From a virus: a stretch of DNA of 64,000 bases. Below the pieces are notes generated by a model. The model was not told the origin of the DNA, did not search any database, and was given only the letters and a program-made list of their open reading frames with translations. The position numbers were made by a program, and so were the translations under genes. The stretch is taken from positions 106,106 to 170,105 of the IMG/VR virus record IMGVR_UViG_3300046010_015054; one strand, given 5' to 3'. Position 1 is the stretch's first letter. Each line of letters starts with the position of its first letter. Positions 31,670-41,828 of the stretch are shown here, one piece after another.

Positions 31670-32776
31670 TTATAAAGTGAAGTAAATTTGCTGATCTAGA
31701 CCCTTTTTACCATCCCAAACAAGACATTCAGCTGAGCGCTTTGAACCAACGTAGCCATGGCTGTAATGCCAAGCGTCGTTTCCTGAAAGTGAGCTCATAT
31801 AACGAATTATAACACCACTATATTCGTGGGCTGATTTGTATTTGATTTCCTGTTTATGGTGGATATGTCCTAAATGAAATTCTCTATATTTTGTAGCTCC
31901 CCATTCTAATGGGTTTTCTTGAGCCATAATAAGAGGAAGGTCATTTACTTTTTCTTTATCTCCGTGAGTAAAACCTAATAAAATATCTTCGTATTTGTAG
32001 TATTTTCTAGGAGCTGCAAGGTTATTCACGTTTACATTCTCGTTGTTGTGAAACCAACCCTGTAATGAGTCACCTAAATAGAAAATTTTCTCGTAATCGT
32101 GGTTACCCGGGATCATAATAATATCAACTGGAGCGATTTGAGTAAGCTTGTTGATATTCTCAATTAATAATTGACGGCCTTTTCTAAAAATGTGTTGCCA
32201 ACGAGTATCGTTTTCCTGTGGTGTACCTTTTGTAGTACGGTTGTAAGGGTAAGAATAATCCGAGTTAAAAAAATCGTTGCCAATTGGAACTACAAATCTA
32301 TCAACGTTTACATTTTTAACAGACTCAACAAAATGATCAATGCAATCGTTAAAAATACCCATTGCAATTTTTAAATCGTAATCCTGATTAGTTTCTTCTC
32401 TCCAAGCAAATTTACCCAAGTGAAGGTCAAAAATGTTAATTTCAACCATTTTTTTAGGTTTACTACTTACATTTTTATATTCAATTTTTTTAACAACCGG
32501 AGATAGAGCTTGTAAATCTTCAATAAACTCGGCTTTAATTTCATCTAATCTTTTAGATTCAATTTTGCTTCTAAGCCAAATTTTTACTTGGAAGAGAGGG
32601 GTTGTAGCAATTACACCATCTGGTGTTTTAGCTCCAACTTCCCAAGAGTTAACAATTTGTTTTTCTATTTCCCAATACTCTAATGAGATATCGTGTGCGT
32701 TCAGTAACTGATCTACAGTAACTATTCTGTCAGTAATCTGACTTGATAATTCTTTATTAGCCATAGTATTATTCAT
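31670..32776 (-). CDS. Calcineurin-like metallophosphoesterase
   Basis: DLHLG, GND, GNHD, HGD, GHIH motifs. Confidence 0.85.
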   Translation of the reverse strand: MNNTMANKELSSQITDRIVTVDQLLNAHDISLEYWEIEKQIVNSWEVGAKTPDGVIATTPLFQVKIWLRSKIESKRLDEIKAEFIEDLQALSPVVKKIEYKNVSSKPKKMVEINIFDLHLGKFAWREETNQDYDLKIAMGIFNDCIDHFVESVKNVNVDRFVVPIGNDFFNSDYSYPYNRTTKGTPQENDTRWQHIFRKGRQLLIENINKLTQIAPVDIIMIPGNHDYEKIFYLGDSLQGWFHNNENVNVNNLAAPRKYYKYEDILLGFTHGDKEKVNDLPLIMAQENPLEWGATKYREFHLGHIHHKQEIKYKSAHEYSGVIIRYMSSLSGNDAWHYSHGYVGSKRSAECLVWDGKKGLDQQIYFTL

Positions 32777-32800
32777 CTACTTGAAAATAAGAAGGCATCT

Positions 32801-32995
32801 TTAAGATGCCAACCTATTGTTGTAGAATTTTTCTAGTATAAAGTAATCTGATTCTAGAAGCCCTAAATGCTTGATAAGATTTTTATCGGCTTCCTTATTA
32901 AAATCAATATAACCCAAACTAAGTTCTAACCAGTAATCTAAAATTCTAGCGTAAACTTCGTTTTCAAATTTATTAAACCTTTGCTTTAAGTGCAT
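32801..32995 (-). CDS. Hypothetical protein
   Basis: Short ORF overlapping the upstream gene. Confidence 0.45.
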   Translation of the reverse strand: MHLKQRFNKFENEVYARILDYWLELSLGYIDFNKEADKNLIKHLGLLESDYFILEKFYNNRLAS

Positions 32996-33497
32996 CTATA
33001 TCTCTACTTAGTTTATTATTGGCCGCGCTCAATCTTTGAGTAATTTTAGACCAATATCCTTTTAGAGTATTAACGATTCTGTCTAAAACACTTTGTTCTT
33101 CAATTTTCTGAACACCGATTGTAGAAGCAATACGAGATGTTTTTGCTGTCGCTTCAATTGAATCGTCAACAATTTTTCTCATGGCTGGGTTAATTCTTTC
33201 TTTAACCCAATCTAAAGCTTCTTTATAAGCGAATGAAGTTCTTTCATAGCCTTTTCTCTTGATAGTAACAAGAATATTTTCAACTTCAAGAGCTTTGTCT
33301 TTAGTCTCGTCGAGTTCGTCTAAAACAGGACGAATAACTTCTTCTAGACCCTTATATCTTTTCTCTAATAATTTAAGTTTAGCAGTTATCTGATCGATCT
33401 CGTCAGATAATTCTGCAAATTCTTTAATTTGAGCTGTTAATTCAGGGTCGTCAACTTTAACCTCTTGAATATTTTTGTAAATATCTGTTAAATTCAT
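32973..33497 (-). CDS. Hypothetical coiled-coil protein (probable head cargo)
   Basis: ATATTTAT upstream; N-terminal MNLTDIYKNIQE. Confidence 0.6.
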   Translation of the reverse strand: MNLTDIYKNIQEVKVDDPELTAQIKEFAELSDEIDQITAKLKLLEKRYKGLEEVIRPVLDELDETKDKALEVENILVTIKRKGYERTSFAYKEALDWVKERINPAMRKIVDDSIEATAKTSRIASTIGVQKIEEQSVLDRIVNTLKGYWSKITQRLSAANNKLSRDIDALKAKV

Positions 33498-33508
33498 GAT
33501 AATAAATA

Positions 33509-33973
33509 TTATGCAGCTGCTGTTTCTTCACCGGCTGCCGGAGTTTCTATAGATTTTTCAGTAGCAGTTGTAGTAGTTTCGGTTTTAGTTTCAGTTGCTT
33601 CTTCTTTAGTTCCGTATCTTAAAATACGAGAAATAGCATTTGTTCCATTTTGTAACTCGTTAATGTTTAACAAGTAATATTTTTTACCTTCAATTTGAGC
33701 AATCCAACTCTTAGTAGTGTATATAAGATAGAATGTTTGCCCGTTTTTAAGGTTTATACGAAACGTAGTAGGCTTAGGAGCAACCCAATCGATGCTATCG
33801 ACAAAAACTTTAAAGTCTGCTGTCATAAGCTTTACTAAAATGTCCTTTAATTCAGGAAATTTAGTCAGCTCGTCAGAAGCTGTTTCGCCATAGTCTGAGA
33901 TAGCTCCTTTGGGCTTTCCGTAGACTTGGCGAGCAACTACTTTAATTTTTTCTTTAAGTTCTTCAGCTGTCAT
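33509..33973 (-). CDS. Hypothetical protein
   Basis: MTAEELKEKIK leader; WVAPKPTTFRI.L.NG domain; Thr/Glu-rich tail. Confidence 0.6.
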   Translation of the reverse strand: MTAEELKEKIKVVARQVYGKPKGAISDYGETASDELTKFPELKDILVKLMTADFKVFVDSIDWVAPKPTTFRINLKNGQTFYLIYTTKSWIAQIEGKKYYLLNINELQNGTNAISRILRYGTKEEATETKTETTTTATEKSIETPAAGEETAAA

Positions 33974-35712
33974 TATTTTTTCTGTTTAGCAGTTGGGCCT
34001 TTACCTCCACCTTTTGCTTTGTATGCTGCTACAGCACCGGCAATTGCTTTGGCTGCTTTTTCAGATTTACCTTGACCTTTGATTTTTTTAACTAATTTCT
34101 CGTATGATTCTTCCAAAGACATTCTATTATAAGTTTCTTGATCTTCGTATCTAAAACGATCTCCATCTTTCATAGGACCTATAATATCATTAAATTTAGG
34201 TAAACCATATGTCCAAGTGTGGTCAATGATTGGGTGGTCTTTATAAAGATTATCTTCAGGACCTAATATTTTAGCTAACTTATAACCAGCAGCTTCCATT
34301 TTTGAGATAAATGAATCTAAATTTTCATCTTTAATAGCACCTTTTGTACTTACAGCTAAAAAACTTTCATTTACGTTAGATTCTTCCATTTTACCTCCAG
34401 GAATCTTTTTAGACCAGTAGCCTTTAGGTAAACCTTCTTCTAAGTATGGTTTTAAGATTTTTTTAGCAGCTTCCATATTACCATCATTCATAGCTTTTCT
34501 AGCTTGTTTGATGTTGTTTTGGTCGTCGGCTGATTTGTTTTTGTTTAATGCTTTTTGAATAGCAGCTGCTAGTTTTTCTTCGCCACTAATTTTTTCTTCA
34601 TCAATAACGTCTTCGGCAGAAGCAACACCTACCATAGCATCGATTTCTGGTTCTTTTAGTTCGAAATCAAGATAGTGTTTAGCTTTACTCATTTTAGAAG
34701 CAGCATCTGTGATCATAGCTTGCCACCATGCTGGGAAGTCTACTTCACCCATACCTTCAAATTGATCTACCATCTGGTAAAGCTCCATAGCATATTTTCC
34801 AATACGATATAGTTCGCCCTTGATCATGTGTGGTTCGTCGTCTTCGTGGCCTAAGTCAAGATCTTCAGAAACTACGGATTGATAAGGAATAGAACCTCCT
34901 GATTTTAATTTAAGATATATACCATCAATTCCGGCTATTTCATCTTCAACTTCACCTTTGGGAGAACTCCATTTGATTTTATCTCCTACTTTATATTTAG
35001 ACATATTTTTTTCTTCTAAAGGTCTTCCTTCGTCATCATATGACATAAAAATTTCATCTTCGTCATCTAATTGAGCTTGGTCTGGGTCGTATTTTCCTTC
35101 CATAGGTGTTACTTTAGCTCCTACTCTTTTTAATTCTTCTTCTTCTTGTGGGGTTAAAGCTTGCACTTCAGAATCACCAGTAGGACCAGTGATTTTTCTA
35201 AGTCCTTTAGTTTCTTTAACGCCTTTTTTAGCTATTGCTTTTTCAATAGCTTCACCACGTTTTTCTTCATAAGAAGAAAGTTCGCCGTCTTTATTTAAGT
35301 CGGCTTTTTTAGGGTTTTTTAGCTCTTCGTCTAAATCAGCTACTAACTTTTTAACGTCAGGACCATACCCTAACGCCTTAGCTTTTTTATACAAGTCTTC
35401 GATAGCGTCCATCATAGCAGAAGCGTCCTGGAGATCTCTCATTGCTTCGTAATCTTCAGGTTCAAAGTATTCCATTCTTTCTTCTTTGACTCCTTCTTTT
35501 TTCATTAAAGCTGCTTTAACAGCTTCTTTAATTCTATTTTCGTTCATTTCTTTGACTTGTTTTTTAGCACGTTTTACAGCTGTTCCGTACATAACGCTTT
35601 CAGCATCCTTACCATAACGCTTGACAAATTCGCGTTTATTGGATTTAAGATCTTTTACGATCTCTTCCTTACGCTTTTCTTCAGCTTTGGTAAGACTGCG
35701 TTCGTTGAGCAT
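33973..35712 (-). CDS. Modular acidic/basic probable internal head polyprotein
   Basis: Short modules separated by V/L/M-x-E sites; includes an EF-hand-like DLNKDGELSSYE. Confidence 0.6.
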   Translation of the reverse strand: MLNERSLTKAEEKRKEEIVKDLKSNKREFVKRYGKDAESVMYGTAVKRAKKQVKEMNENRIKEAVKAALMKKEGVKEERMEYFEPEDYEAMRDLQDASAMMDAIEDLYKKAKALGYGPDVKKLVADLDEELKNPKKADLNKDGELSSYEEKRGEAIEKAIAKKGVKETKGLRKITGPTGDSEVQALTPQEEEELKRVGAKVTPMEGKYDPDQAQLDDEDEIFMSYDDEGRPLEEKNMSKYKVGDKIKWSSPKGEVEDEIAGIDGIYLKLKSGGSIPYQSVVSEDLDLGHEDDEPHMIKGELYRIGKYAMELYQMVDQFEGMGEVDFPAWWQAMITDAASKMSKAKHYLDFELKEPEIDAMVGVASAEDVIDEEKISGEEKLAAAIQKALNKNKSADDQNNIKQARKAMNDGNMEAAKKILKPYLEEGLPKGYWSKKIPGGKMEESNVNESFLAVSTKGAIKDENLDSFISKMEAAGYKLAKILGPEDNLYKDHPIIDHTWTYGLPKFNDIIGPMKDGDRFRYEDQETYNRMSLEESYEKLVKKIKGQGKSEKAAKAIAGAVAAYKAKGGGKGPTAKQKK

Positions 35713-35715
35713 AGT

Positions 35716-35889
35716 TTATTTTGCTTTATCTTCAGCTACAGAAGCTTGACGATATTCAGTTACAAGTTTTTTAATTTCACCTAAAACTTTACGTGCACGT
35801 CCGTGTGCTGCTTTAGATTTACCTGCGTGTTCTGCTTTAAAAGTTTCGTATAAAGCTTCAATTTTTTCGAAAATTTCAGTTGTGTTCAT
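35716..35889 (-). CDS. Histone H1-like Hc1-family protein (57 aa); missing from the ORF track
   Basis: MNTTEIFEKIEALYETFKAEHAGKSKAAHGRARKVLGEIKKLVTEYRQASVAEDKAK matches the K.A..RARK....K....R..S pattern. Confidence 0.75.
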   Translation of the reverse strand: MNTTEIFEKIEALYETFKAEHAGKSKAAHGRARKVLGEIKKLVTEYRQASVAEDKAK

Positions 35890-35908
35890 AATTTTGATTA
35901 TTTATAGA

Positions 35909-37309
35909 TTATTTAATTATTTTTTTGAATAATGGAAACATTGATTCATTCATTGAAGATTTTTTATCATCTTTCATGTCTTTTTCTAAAGCGTCAATAT
36001 GTTCAGCATCATCAGCTTCAGCATCTTTGTAGTATTCTTTTTTACCTTCACCTAATCCAGTCATAGCTACTGATAAGATATCATCATAGTTATTTTTAAA
36101 GAAAGTGTAGTCTAATTGTCTAGGGAATGATCTGGGCATATCTAAGTATGATTGTGCTAATTCCTCAACATCATAAGATCCTTCATCCATTAGGTGTTGA
36201 GCATAATCACGAATCATTTCTTCGGTTGCTTCATATTCTAACCCCTTACCAATATTTTTTACTAAATCACCTTCAGCTTCTTTAACTACGAAATCACGAG
36301 TAAAGAAGGTAATTGTGTTACCAATCTGCTGGATGAGTTTTTCGTTGCCTATTTCTTGAGCAGCTTGTAGAGCTTGGTCAAGGTGACCTTGAATTTCTTT
36401 TTCTGTATCTGTAAGAGTAGGTTCTTCAGCTGCAGGTGCTGCTGGTTCGTCAACATTAACGTCAACTTTTTCTACGTCTGTTACTTCTTCTTCTGCTTCT
36501 TCTAAACCCTCATAGAAATCAGAGTATAATTTAGATAAACCTACATCAGGATCGCCAAATTCCATATCTGAATCTTCAGTAATTTCTTCTGCTAATTCGT
36601 TTAAGATATTTTGACGAATCATTTCTTTTAATTCTTCTTTTGTCATTTTATTTGATTTCATTTCTTTAATCATCTTGCCATCTACTTTAGTTACTTTACT
36701 TAAAGGCTTTTTAAATGTTGTTGAGCCGTCGATAGTAACAAAAACAGATTCTCTGTCAGGTGCTATGTTTTTAACGTAATAAGTTTTATTATCACCTACA
36801 AACACTAATCTAGTGTCTTTACCAATATTATAGGTTTTGATCATTTTTTCTACATCCATACCTGAAATAGCTTCTTCTAGATTATCTTCTTGTGTTGAGA
36901 ATATTACTTCACCTTCAGGAGTTACTGAACCCACTTTAGCACTTTTATTAGCTAAATTGCGAATTACAAAAAAGTCTTCATCAAGACCTTCTTCTGACTT
37001 GATAATAAAAGAGCCACCAGCGTAATCACCTAAGTAATTTTCAATACCAAATCCGTTAATATCTTTCCAATCTTCACCTGGAGTATTAGGTCCTGCTTTT
37101 GTATCAAGATCAAAGTAAGCTCCTCTAGAGTCCATTTGTAATGATCCAGGTTGAACCGAATATATAAGACCTAAATCGTCTGTTTCAGTAAAATGATCAG
37201 CTACTTTTTGAGCAACTTTATCCGGGTTTTTAGGGTATAATGAGATAAGCTCAATTGCTTCAGTAAGTCTATTTTTAGACAAATAATTTGTTAGATTAAA
37301 GTTGTTCAT
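35909..37309 (-). CDS. Modular acidic probable internal head protein
   Basis: MNNFNL..YL...LTE leader; many L/I/V/M-x-E sites. Confidence 0.6.
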   Translation of the reverse strand: MNNFNLTNYLSKNRLTEAIELISLYPKNPDKVAQKVADHFTETDDLGLIYSVQPGSLQMDSRGAYFDLDTKAGPNTPGEDWKDINGFGIENYLGDYAGGSFIIKSEEGLDEDFFVIRNLANKSAKVGSVTPEGEVIFSTQEDNLEEAISGMDVEKMIKTYNIGKDTRLVFVGDNKTYYVKNIAPDRESVFVTIDGSTTFKKPLSKVTKVDGKMIKEMKSNKMTKEELKEMIRQNILNELAEEITEDSDMEFGDPDVGLSKLYSDFYEGLEEAEEEVTDVEKVDVNVDEPAAPAAEEPTLTDTEKEIQGHLDQALQAAQEIGNEKLIQQIGNTITFFTRDFVVKEAEGDLVKNIGKGLEYEATEEMIRDYAQHLMDEGSYDVEELAQSYLDMPRSFPRQLDYTFFKNNYDDILSVAMTGLGEGKKEYYKDAEADDAEHIDALEKDMKDDKKSSMNESMFPLFKKIIK

Positions 37310-37698
37310 TGCTTTAATTTTTTAATAAGTTCAGCAGCTGTTTTTTTCTTATCAGCAACTTCGTTTTTAGCAGTACGGAAAGCTTCCATAGCATCCTTCA
37401 TTTCTTTAATAGAATCTTGATAAGCTTTTAACGCCTCAGTTCCCGCTCTACGTGCATCAGACTTTTGCTTATAAACACCTAAGATGTTTTTAATTTCTAA
37501 GCCACCTTTAATTTGAAGAGCAAATTCTGGAAGAGTTAATTCGTATACTACGTCTTCCATTTCTGAGTTTTGGTCTGGTTTTTCAACGATAAAGAATTTA
37601 CCAATCTCGTCTACAGGAATACTTTGCACTTCGGCAATTTGCCCTGCTTCCTCTTCGATGGCTTCTTTGATGAGTTGTTTAAAGTCTGATAGTTTCAT
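37306..37698 (-). CDS. Hypothetical protein (probable head cargo)
   Basis: MKLSDFKQLIKEAIEEE leader; ATATTTAT upstream. Confidence 0.6.
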   Translation of the reverse strand: MKLSDFKQLIKEAIEEEAGQIAEVQSIPVDEIGKFFIVEKPDQNSEMEDVVYELTLPEFALQIKGGLEIKNILGVYKQKSDARRAGTEALKAYQDSIKEMKDAMEAFRTAKNEVADKKKTAAELIKKLKQ

Positions 37699-37712
37699 AT
37701 GTGATAAATATG

Positions 37713-38006
37713 TTATTTTTTGGACTGATATGTTCCTTTTTTGTATTTTGCTTTTTCTGTGTTAGAAACAAATTGTTTACCTTTACGTGATGCTGCTGCT
37801 TTTTTACGAGATGTTTTAGCACGTTCGGCTTTAGATAACGATTGAGCTTTTTTACGAGGTAAGCAACGTGTAGTTGCATCACCTTTTTTCATAGTACCAC
37901 AAGGGCCTGTAATATTACCTTGAGTATCAATACGCACCCAGTCCTCTTTTTTGAACCAGTCGCGTAGTGACTCTGAAATTAGCTCTTGTAGACGTTCGTG
38001 GGTCAT
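37713..38006 (-). CDS. Small basic protein (DUF5872-like)
   Basis: SLRDWFKKEDWV..GPCG..RCLP..KA.SLS..ER motif after an ISE site. Confidence 0.6.
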   Translation of the reverse strand: MTHERLQELISESLRDWFKKEDWVRIDTQGNITGPCGTMKKGDATTRCLPRKKAQSLSKAERAKTSRKKAAASRKGKQFVSNTEKAKYKKGTYQSKK

Positions 38007-38446
38007 TATTTTTCTCCTTTACGTTCTTGCCATTCGTAAGAGATAGTATCTTTTACAATAGGACCACCTTTAGCCCATGTTCTACAAGTACGAGCTGAAT
38101 GGCATTTAAAACTATGCATCCAGCAATATCCTAATCTTCCATCATCATCTGATAGAGGACCAGGCATACAATCTTCCATTCTAGGAGAAATATCAAAAGC
38201 AGCACAATTACCACAAAGTGATTGTTTAGCTGCTTCAACTGTTGTATCCCAATGTTCAGCTAACTCGTCCCAGAAATCTCCAGGTTCGTCAACATTTAAA
38301 GGACCATATTTGATATAATCTGCTTTAATAGCTGAGTCCCTGTTTTGAGTATTTAACTCAAGGTCTTGAGTTGGGAGAGGACAAGCCATTAAAGCTTCAT
38401 AAAGCTTACCTTCTTGTAAGTATCTTTTTATATCAAAATTATCCAT
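38006..38446 (-). CDS. Cys-rich protein, possibly metal/Fe-S binding
   Basis: CGNCAAF...C...GYC...FKC...RTC..W; leader MDNFDIKRYLQE. Confidence 0.6.
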   Translation of the reverse strand: MDNFDIKRYLQEGKLYEALMACPLPTQDLELNTQNRDSAIKADYIKYGPLNVDEPGDFWDELAEHWDTTVEAAKQSLCGNCAAFDISPRMEDCMPGPLSDDDGRLGYCWMHSFKCHSARTCRTWAKGGPIVKDTISYEWQERKGEK

Positions 38447-40485
38447 TATTTTTTCTTTTTAGATCTACCAGACATTTGCCCTTTACATACTTTAACAGCG
38501 CGACCTGAGAGATAAGCGGATGATTTTTCACCAGCTGCTTTTCTTCTTTTAATATATGCTTTACCAGCAGGGCAAAGTTCCTCATATATCATTCCTTCAC
38601 CTAATTTAATAGTTTCTTGAAGTTTTTTCTTTAATTCTGGGATAAGTCCTTTCTGGATGAATTGATTGAGATTTATAGTTCTAGTTTCTCCATCTTCATC
38701 TTGAATGGTTATGGTATATTCGTCAGAATCTAATACTTTATATCTGTTACCATAATAATTTACCATTTTACCTTTTAATTTAGAGAAAGTTTCAGCCGAA
38801 ATTCTATCTCCAAATCCTTTAGTTACCTCATCCATTCTACGTCTCATATAGTCAGATTGTTCAAATTCATCCTCACTATAATCACCAGAACGTCTTTTCA
38901 TGTAGTCGGTTTCTTCGTAATCTTCTTCTTCAAAATCGTCTTCATCAAAATCACTACTGTCGAGGACTTCAATATCTTGAGACATTAAATCGTAGTAAAA
39001 ATCGTAAATACCATTTAAGTTGTTAGAGGCGTAAACATTTGAACCATATAGTTCAATAGGAAAATCACTATATTGATCTCTAAATATATCTAATGCTTTA
39101 CGAGCATCACGAACTGATACTTCAATAAAGTATCTTTCGTCTAATTGACCACCCATTGCTTCACCTACTTTTTTATATCCTACTTCTGAATATTCGTTGT
39201 AGGTGCTGTTTTTATCCTCTTCAAGATTATATGAATCTAATTCGTCTAAAAGTTCTCTTAAAGTATTAACATTAATCATTTGGATTTTATCCAAAAGTGA
39301 TTCGTCACCTAATTTTGCTCTTAAATCTGCAAATTGTTTAGGAGCGGGACCAAATTTAGGATTACTTATTCTTGGATCGTTGGTAGCTTCGTCTAAATTT
39401 TCTTCTTGATTTTCTTCGTATACACTCTTAAACTGAGCAAATGTGCGAACTGGTTCATCGTATAATTCTACAGTTTCGTATTCTGTATTAATACGAATTT
39501 CTGAACCTTGGAAGGTCATATCTAAAATAAGAGTGTCGTAGTTTTTACCAATTGCGGTTCCACCGACAATTCTTTTACCTACTTTTTCAGCCCAACCCGC
39601 TACAGTTTTAACTAAAGATGAAACACCTTTTCTTTTAGCAAATTCAGCAATATTTGAAGGAACATAAGCTTCATTTAATTCACCTTCTTTCATTGATGTT
39701 TTTACAACACTTTTAAGATTAGCTTTTTCGATGAAATCTTCAAATTTAGCATTCAATTCCTCTGATTGATTTTCAGGTTTATAAATTGCTGTAAATGGTT
39801 GAGATAGACTTTTAGGATCCATATCATATTCCACACCCATATTATCTAATTGGCTTTGGAGGAATTTGATCATATTTTTTGCTGCTTCTTGATAACCCCA
39901 TTTTCCACCTTCTTTTACTGAGTTATCTGTAGATAAAAGACGCATATTATCTATATCGGTAATAGATTCTTTACCGGTTATAGTATTTTTAACTTTCATC
40001 TTATCATCTTGAATAGCTAATACTTTGAAATCGAAGCCTTGAACTGTATTACCTACAATATCACCTACTTTAATAGGTCTTTTATTTTTTCTTGAGTATT
40101 CAGCACTAACTTCTTCTAAACCTGTTTCTCTACGATATTGAGCTGCGTCTTTTTCCATTTCGTCTTTCGTCATTTGATTTAAAAATGCTGCTTTAGGGTC
40201 TTCAGGTAGAGAACTAATTTCACCTTTTTTAAATTTTTCAAGATAATATGCTTTAGCTTGATCATCTAAAGACATCATTTCTTCTAAAGGTTTAGAAAAA
40301 AATTCTTGTATTTTATTTAAATTTTCCATTGTATAATCTTCTTCTACTCTTGCAGTCTTTAAAAATGATTTAACTAAGCTTAAGTCATCGTAATCCCATT
40401 CTCTTTCAGGTTTTCTGAAGAGATAGTTGTCTGTTTGTTTTAAACGGGATAAAGCTTTTTTTATTTTAAGTCCTAAAGGTTCCAT
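38446..40485 (-). CDS. Modular probable internal head polyprotein
   Basis: Modules bounded by LEE/VKE/LNE/LDE/MDE; basic C-terminal module LCPAGKAY..SAYLSGRAVKVCKG. Confidence 0.6.
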   Translation of the reverse strand: MEPLGLKIKKALSRLKQTDNYLFRKPEREWDYDDLSLVKSFLKTARVEEDYTMENLNKIQEFFSKPLEEMMSLDDQAKAYYLEKFKKGEISSLPEDPKAAFLNQMTKDEMEKDAAQYRRETGLEEVSAEYSRKNKRPIKVGDIVGNTVQGFDFKVLAIQDDKMKVKNTITGKESITDIDNMRLLSTDNSVKEGGKWGYQEAAKNMIKFLQSQLDNMGVEYDMDPKSLSQPFTAIYKPENQSEELNAKFEDFIEKANLKSVVKTSMKEGELNEAYVPSNIAEFAKRKGVSSLVKTVAGWAEKVGKRIVGGTAIGKNYDTLILDMTFQGSEIRINTEYETVELYDEPVRTFAQFKSVYEENQEENLDEATNDPRISNPKFGPAPKQFADLRAKLGDESLLDKIQMINVNTLRELLDELDSYNLEEDKNSTYNEYSEVGYKKVGEAMGGQLDERYFIEVSVRDARKALDIFRDQYSDFPIELYGSNVYASNNLNGIYDFYYDLMSQDIEVLDSSDFDEDDFEEEDYEETDYMKRRSGDYSEDEFEQSDYMRRRMDEVTKGFGDRISAETFSKLKGKMVNYYGNRYKVLDSDEYTITIQDEDGETRTINLNQFIQKGLIPELKKKLQETIKLGEGMIYEELCPAGKAYIKRRKAAGEKSSAYLSGRAVKVCKGQMSGRSKKKK

Positions 40486-40494
40486 ATAATATTT

Positions 40495-41070
40495 TTAATC
40501 AAGTGAGCCTGCTCCTCTTGGGTCTGGTCCTGATATGCTTGTTGGTTCTTTATCTTTCCAAATTGGTTCCCAAGTAGCATTATTACCTTGTTGAAAAACT
40601 TTAATTCCAGCTAAATCATCTCTATACACAGATACAAATCCTCTAATTTCATCAGCTGCTAAACTTGTTGCTAATCCTTGAAGTGTTTTAGTTTTTCTTA
40701 AACCTCTAATATTAGGACTTATATAATTTTCTAAATCATATATGAGATCTGAGAGTTCACCTATAGCTCTACCTTCTTGGTTAGGTAATTCTCTATCATT
40801 TTTCCAAGTATATTCAGCTTCATTTAAAGTCTCATTCATACCTAACTCAGCATTTAAAACATTCATAAATGCTCCAAAATTTTGAGAGCCGTATTCTTCT
40901 TTTAAAATTTTAGCTACGGCTAAAGCAAAATCCATGTAAGATAGATTTTTATCTACTACATCGATTGCTTTATTGATTTCTGTGGCTACTTGATCAGCTG
41001 TGCTTTCTAGTAGATTTGCCTCTGCTAGGTATCTTTGTTTGTTCCACTTCGCTACGTCGAAATTGTTCAT
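40495..41070 (-). CDS. Hypothetical protein (probable head cargo)
   Basis: MNNFDVAKWNKQRYLAEANLLES leader; internal MNETLNEAE. Confidence 0.6.
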   Translation of the reverse strand: MNNFDVAKWNKQRYLAEANLLESTADQVATEINKAIDVVDKNLSYMDFALAVAKILKEEYGSQNFGAFMNVLNAELGMNETLNEAEYTWKNDRELPNQEGRAIGELSDLIYDLENYISPNIRGLRKTKTLQGLATSLAADEIRGFVSVYRDDLAGIKVFQQGNNATWEPIWKDKEPTSISGPDPRGAGSLD

Positions 41071-41227
41071 TTTCTTCTTGTTTAGTTTCTTCTATAATTT
41101 CTTCTTTTACCTCTTCTTGGGGTGGAGGAGGTGGAACATGTTGCTTTACGTAAGTGTCTTTAGAAAATCGACCTACTCCAACGTTTCGGTTAATGTTTCT
41201 AAAGATGTCTCCCGGATTAGACTTCAT
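40994..41227 (-). CDS. Small hypothetical protein
   Basis: ATATTTAT 12 nt upstream of the ATG; poly-Pro tract. Confidence 0.45.
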   Translation of the reverse strand: MKSNPGDIFRNINRNVGVGRFSKDTYVKQHVPPPPPQEEVKEEIIEETKQEENEQFRRSEVEQTKIPSRGKSTRKHS

Positions 41228-41245
41228 GTAGTTTTCTTATAAATA

Positions 41246-41824
41246 TTAGTCTTTCTTTAAACTTTGCAGGAATTTAATAGTGTCTTCCTTCTGTTTTAAG
41301 AGTAAATTTTTACTTGAACCAACCCATTTTTCAACGTCACCCGCTTCTGTAATAAAGGATTGATTATCTTGGTTTTGGATTTCTTCGTTTATCCATTCTT
41401 CAAATTCCTTCATAACACCATCTAAGCCCTGGTTGTTAACTTTCTTTTGATAAGCTTCCCATTGCCCTGAAGTTCTGAGGTGGGTTTCAAAGTCTATTTG
41501 GCAATCAAAGCAGTGTTGGTATAGTTGAAACCATTTTTTGTCTAAATGGGGTTTCATTTTCTTTTTACATGAAGGGCAAAAAAGAGGAAAGTTGACAGCT
41601 TCACGTGCTTTATCCAGTTTTGTAACATTTTGTTTAATACCATCTTTAATAGTCCAGGTTTTCCCGTCTAATTCCCAAATATCACCCTCTTTGTGTACCT
41701 CAGAATTTTCTTTAGTAAAACCAACAGATGTACTTACTTTATCACCATATTTTTTAGTAACAAGATTTCGGAGACGTTGTACATCTTTTTCTTTAAATTC
41801 TTTTTTTAAAACATTATCTTTCAT
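41246..41824 (-). CDS. Hypothetical Zn-finger protein
   Basis: EGDIWE..GK.WTIKDG, CPSC...CFDC. Confidence 0.65.
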   Translation of the reverse strand: MKDNVLKKEFKEKDVQRLRNLVTKKYGDKVSTSVGFTKENSEVHKEGDIWELDGKTWTIKDGIKQNVTKLDKAREAVNFPLFCPSCKKKMKPHLDKKWFQLYQHCFDCQIDFETHLRTSGQWEAYQKKVNNQGLDGVMKEFEEWINEEIQNQDNQSFITEAGDVEKWVGSSKNLLLKQKEDTIKFLQSLKKD

Positions 41825-41828
41825 ATAA

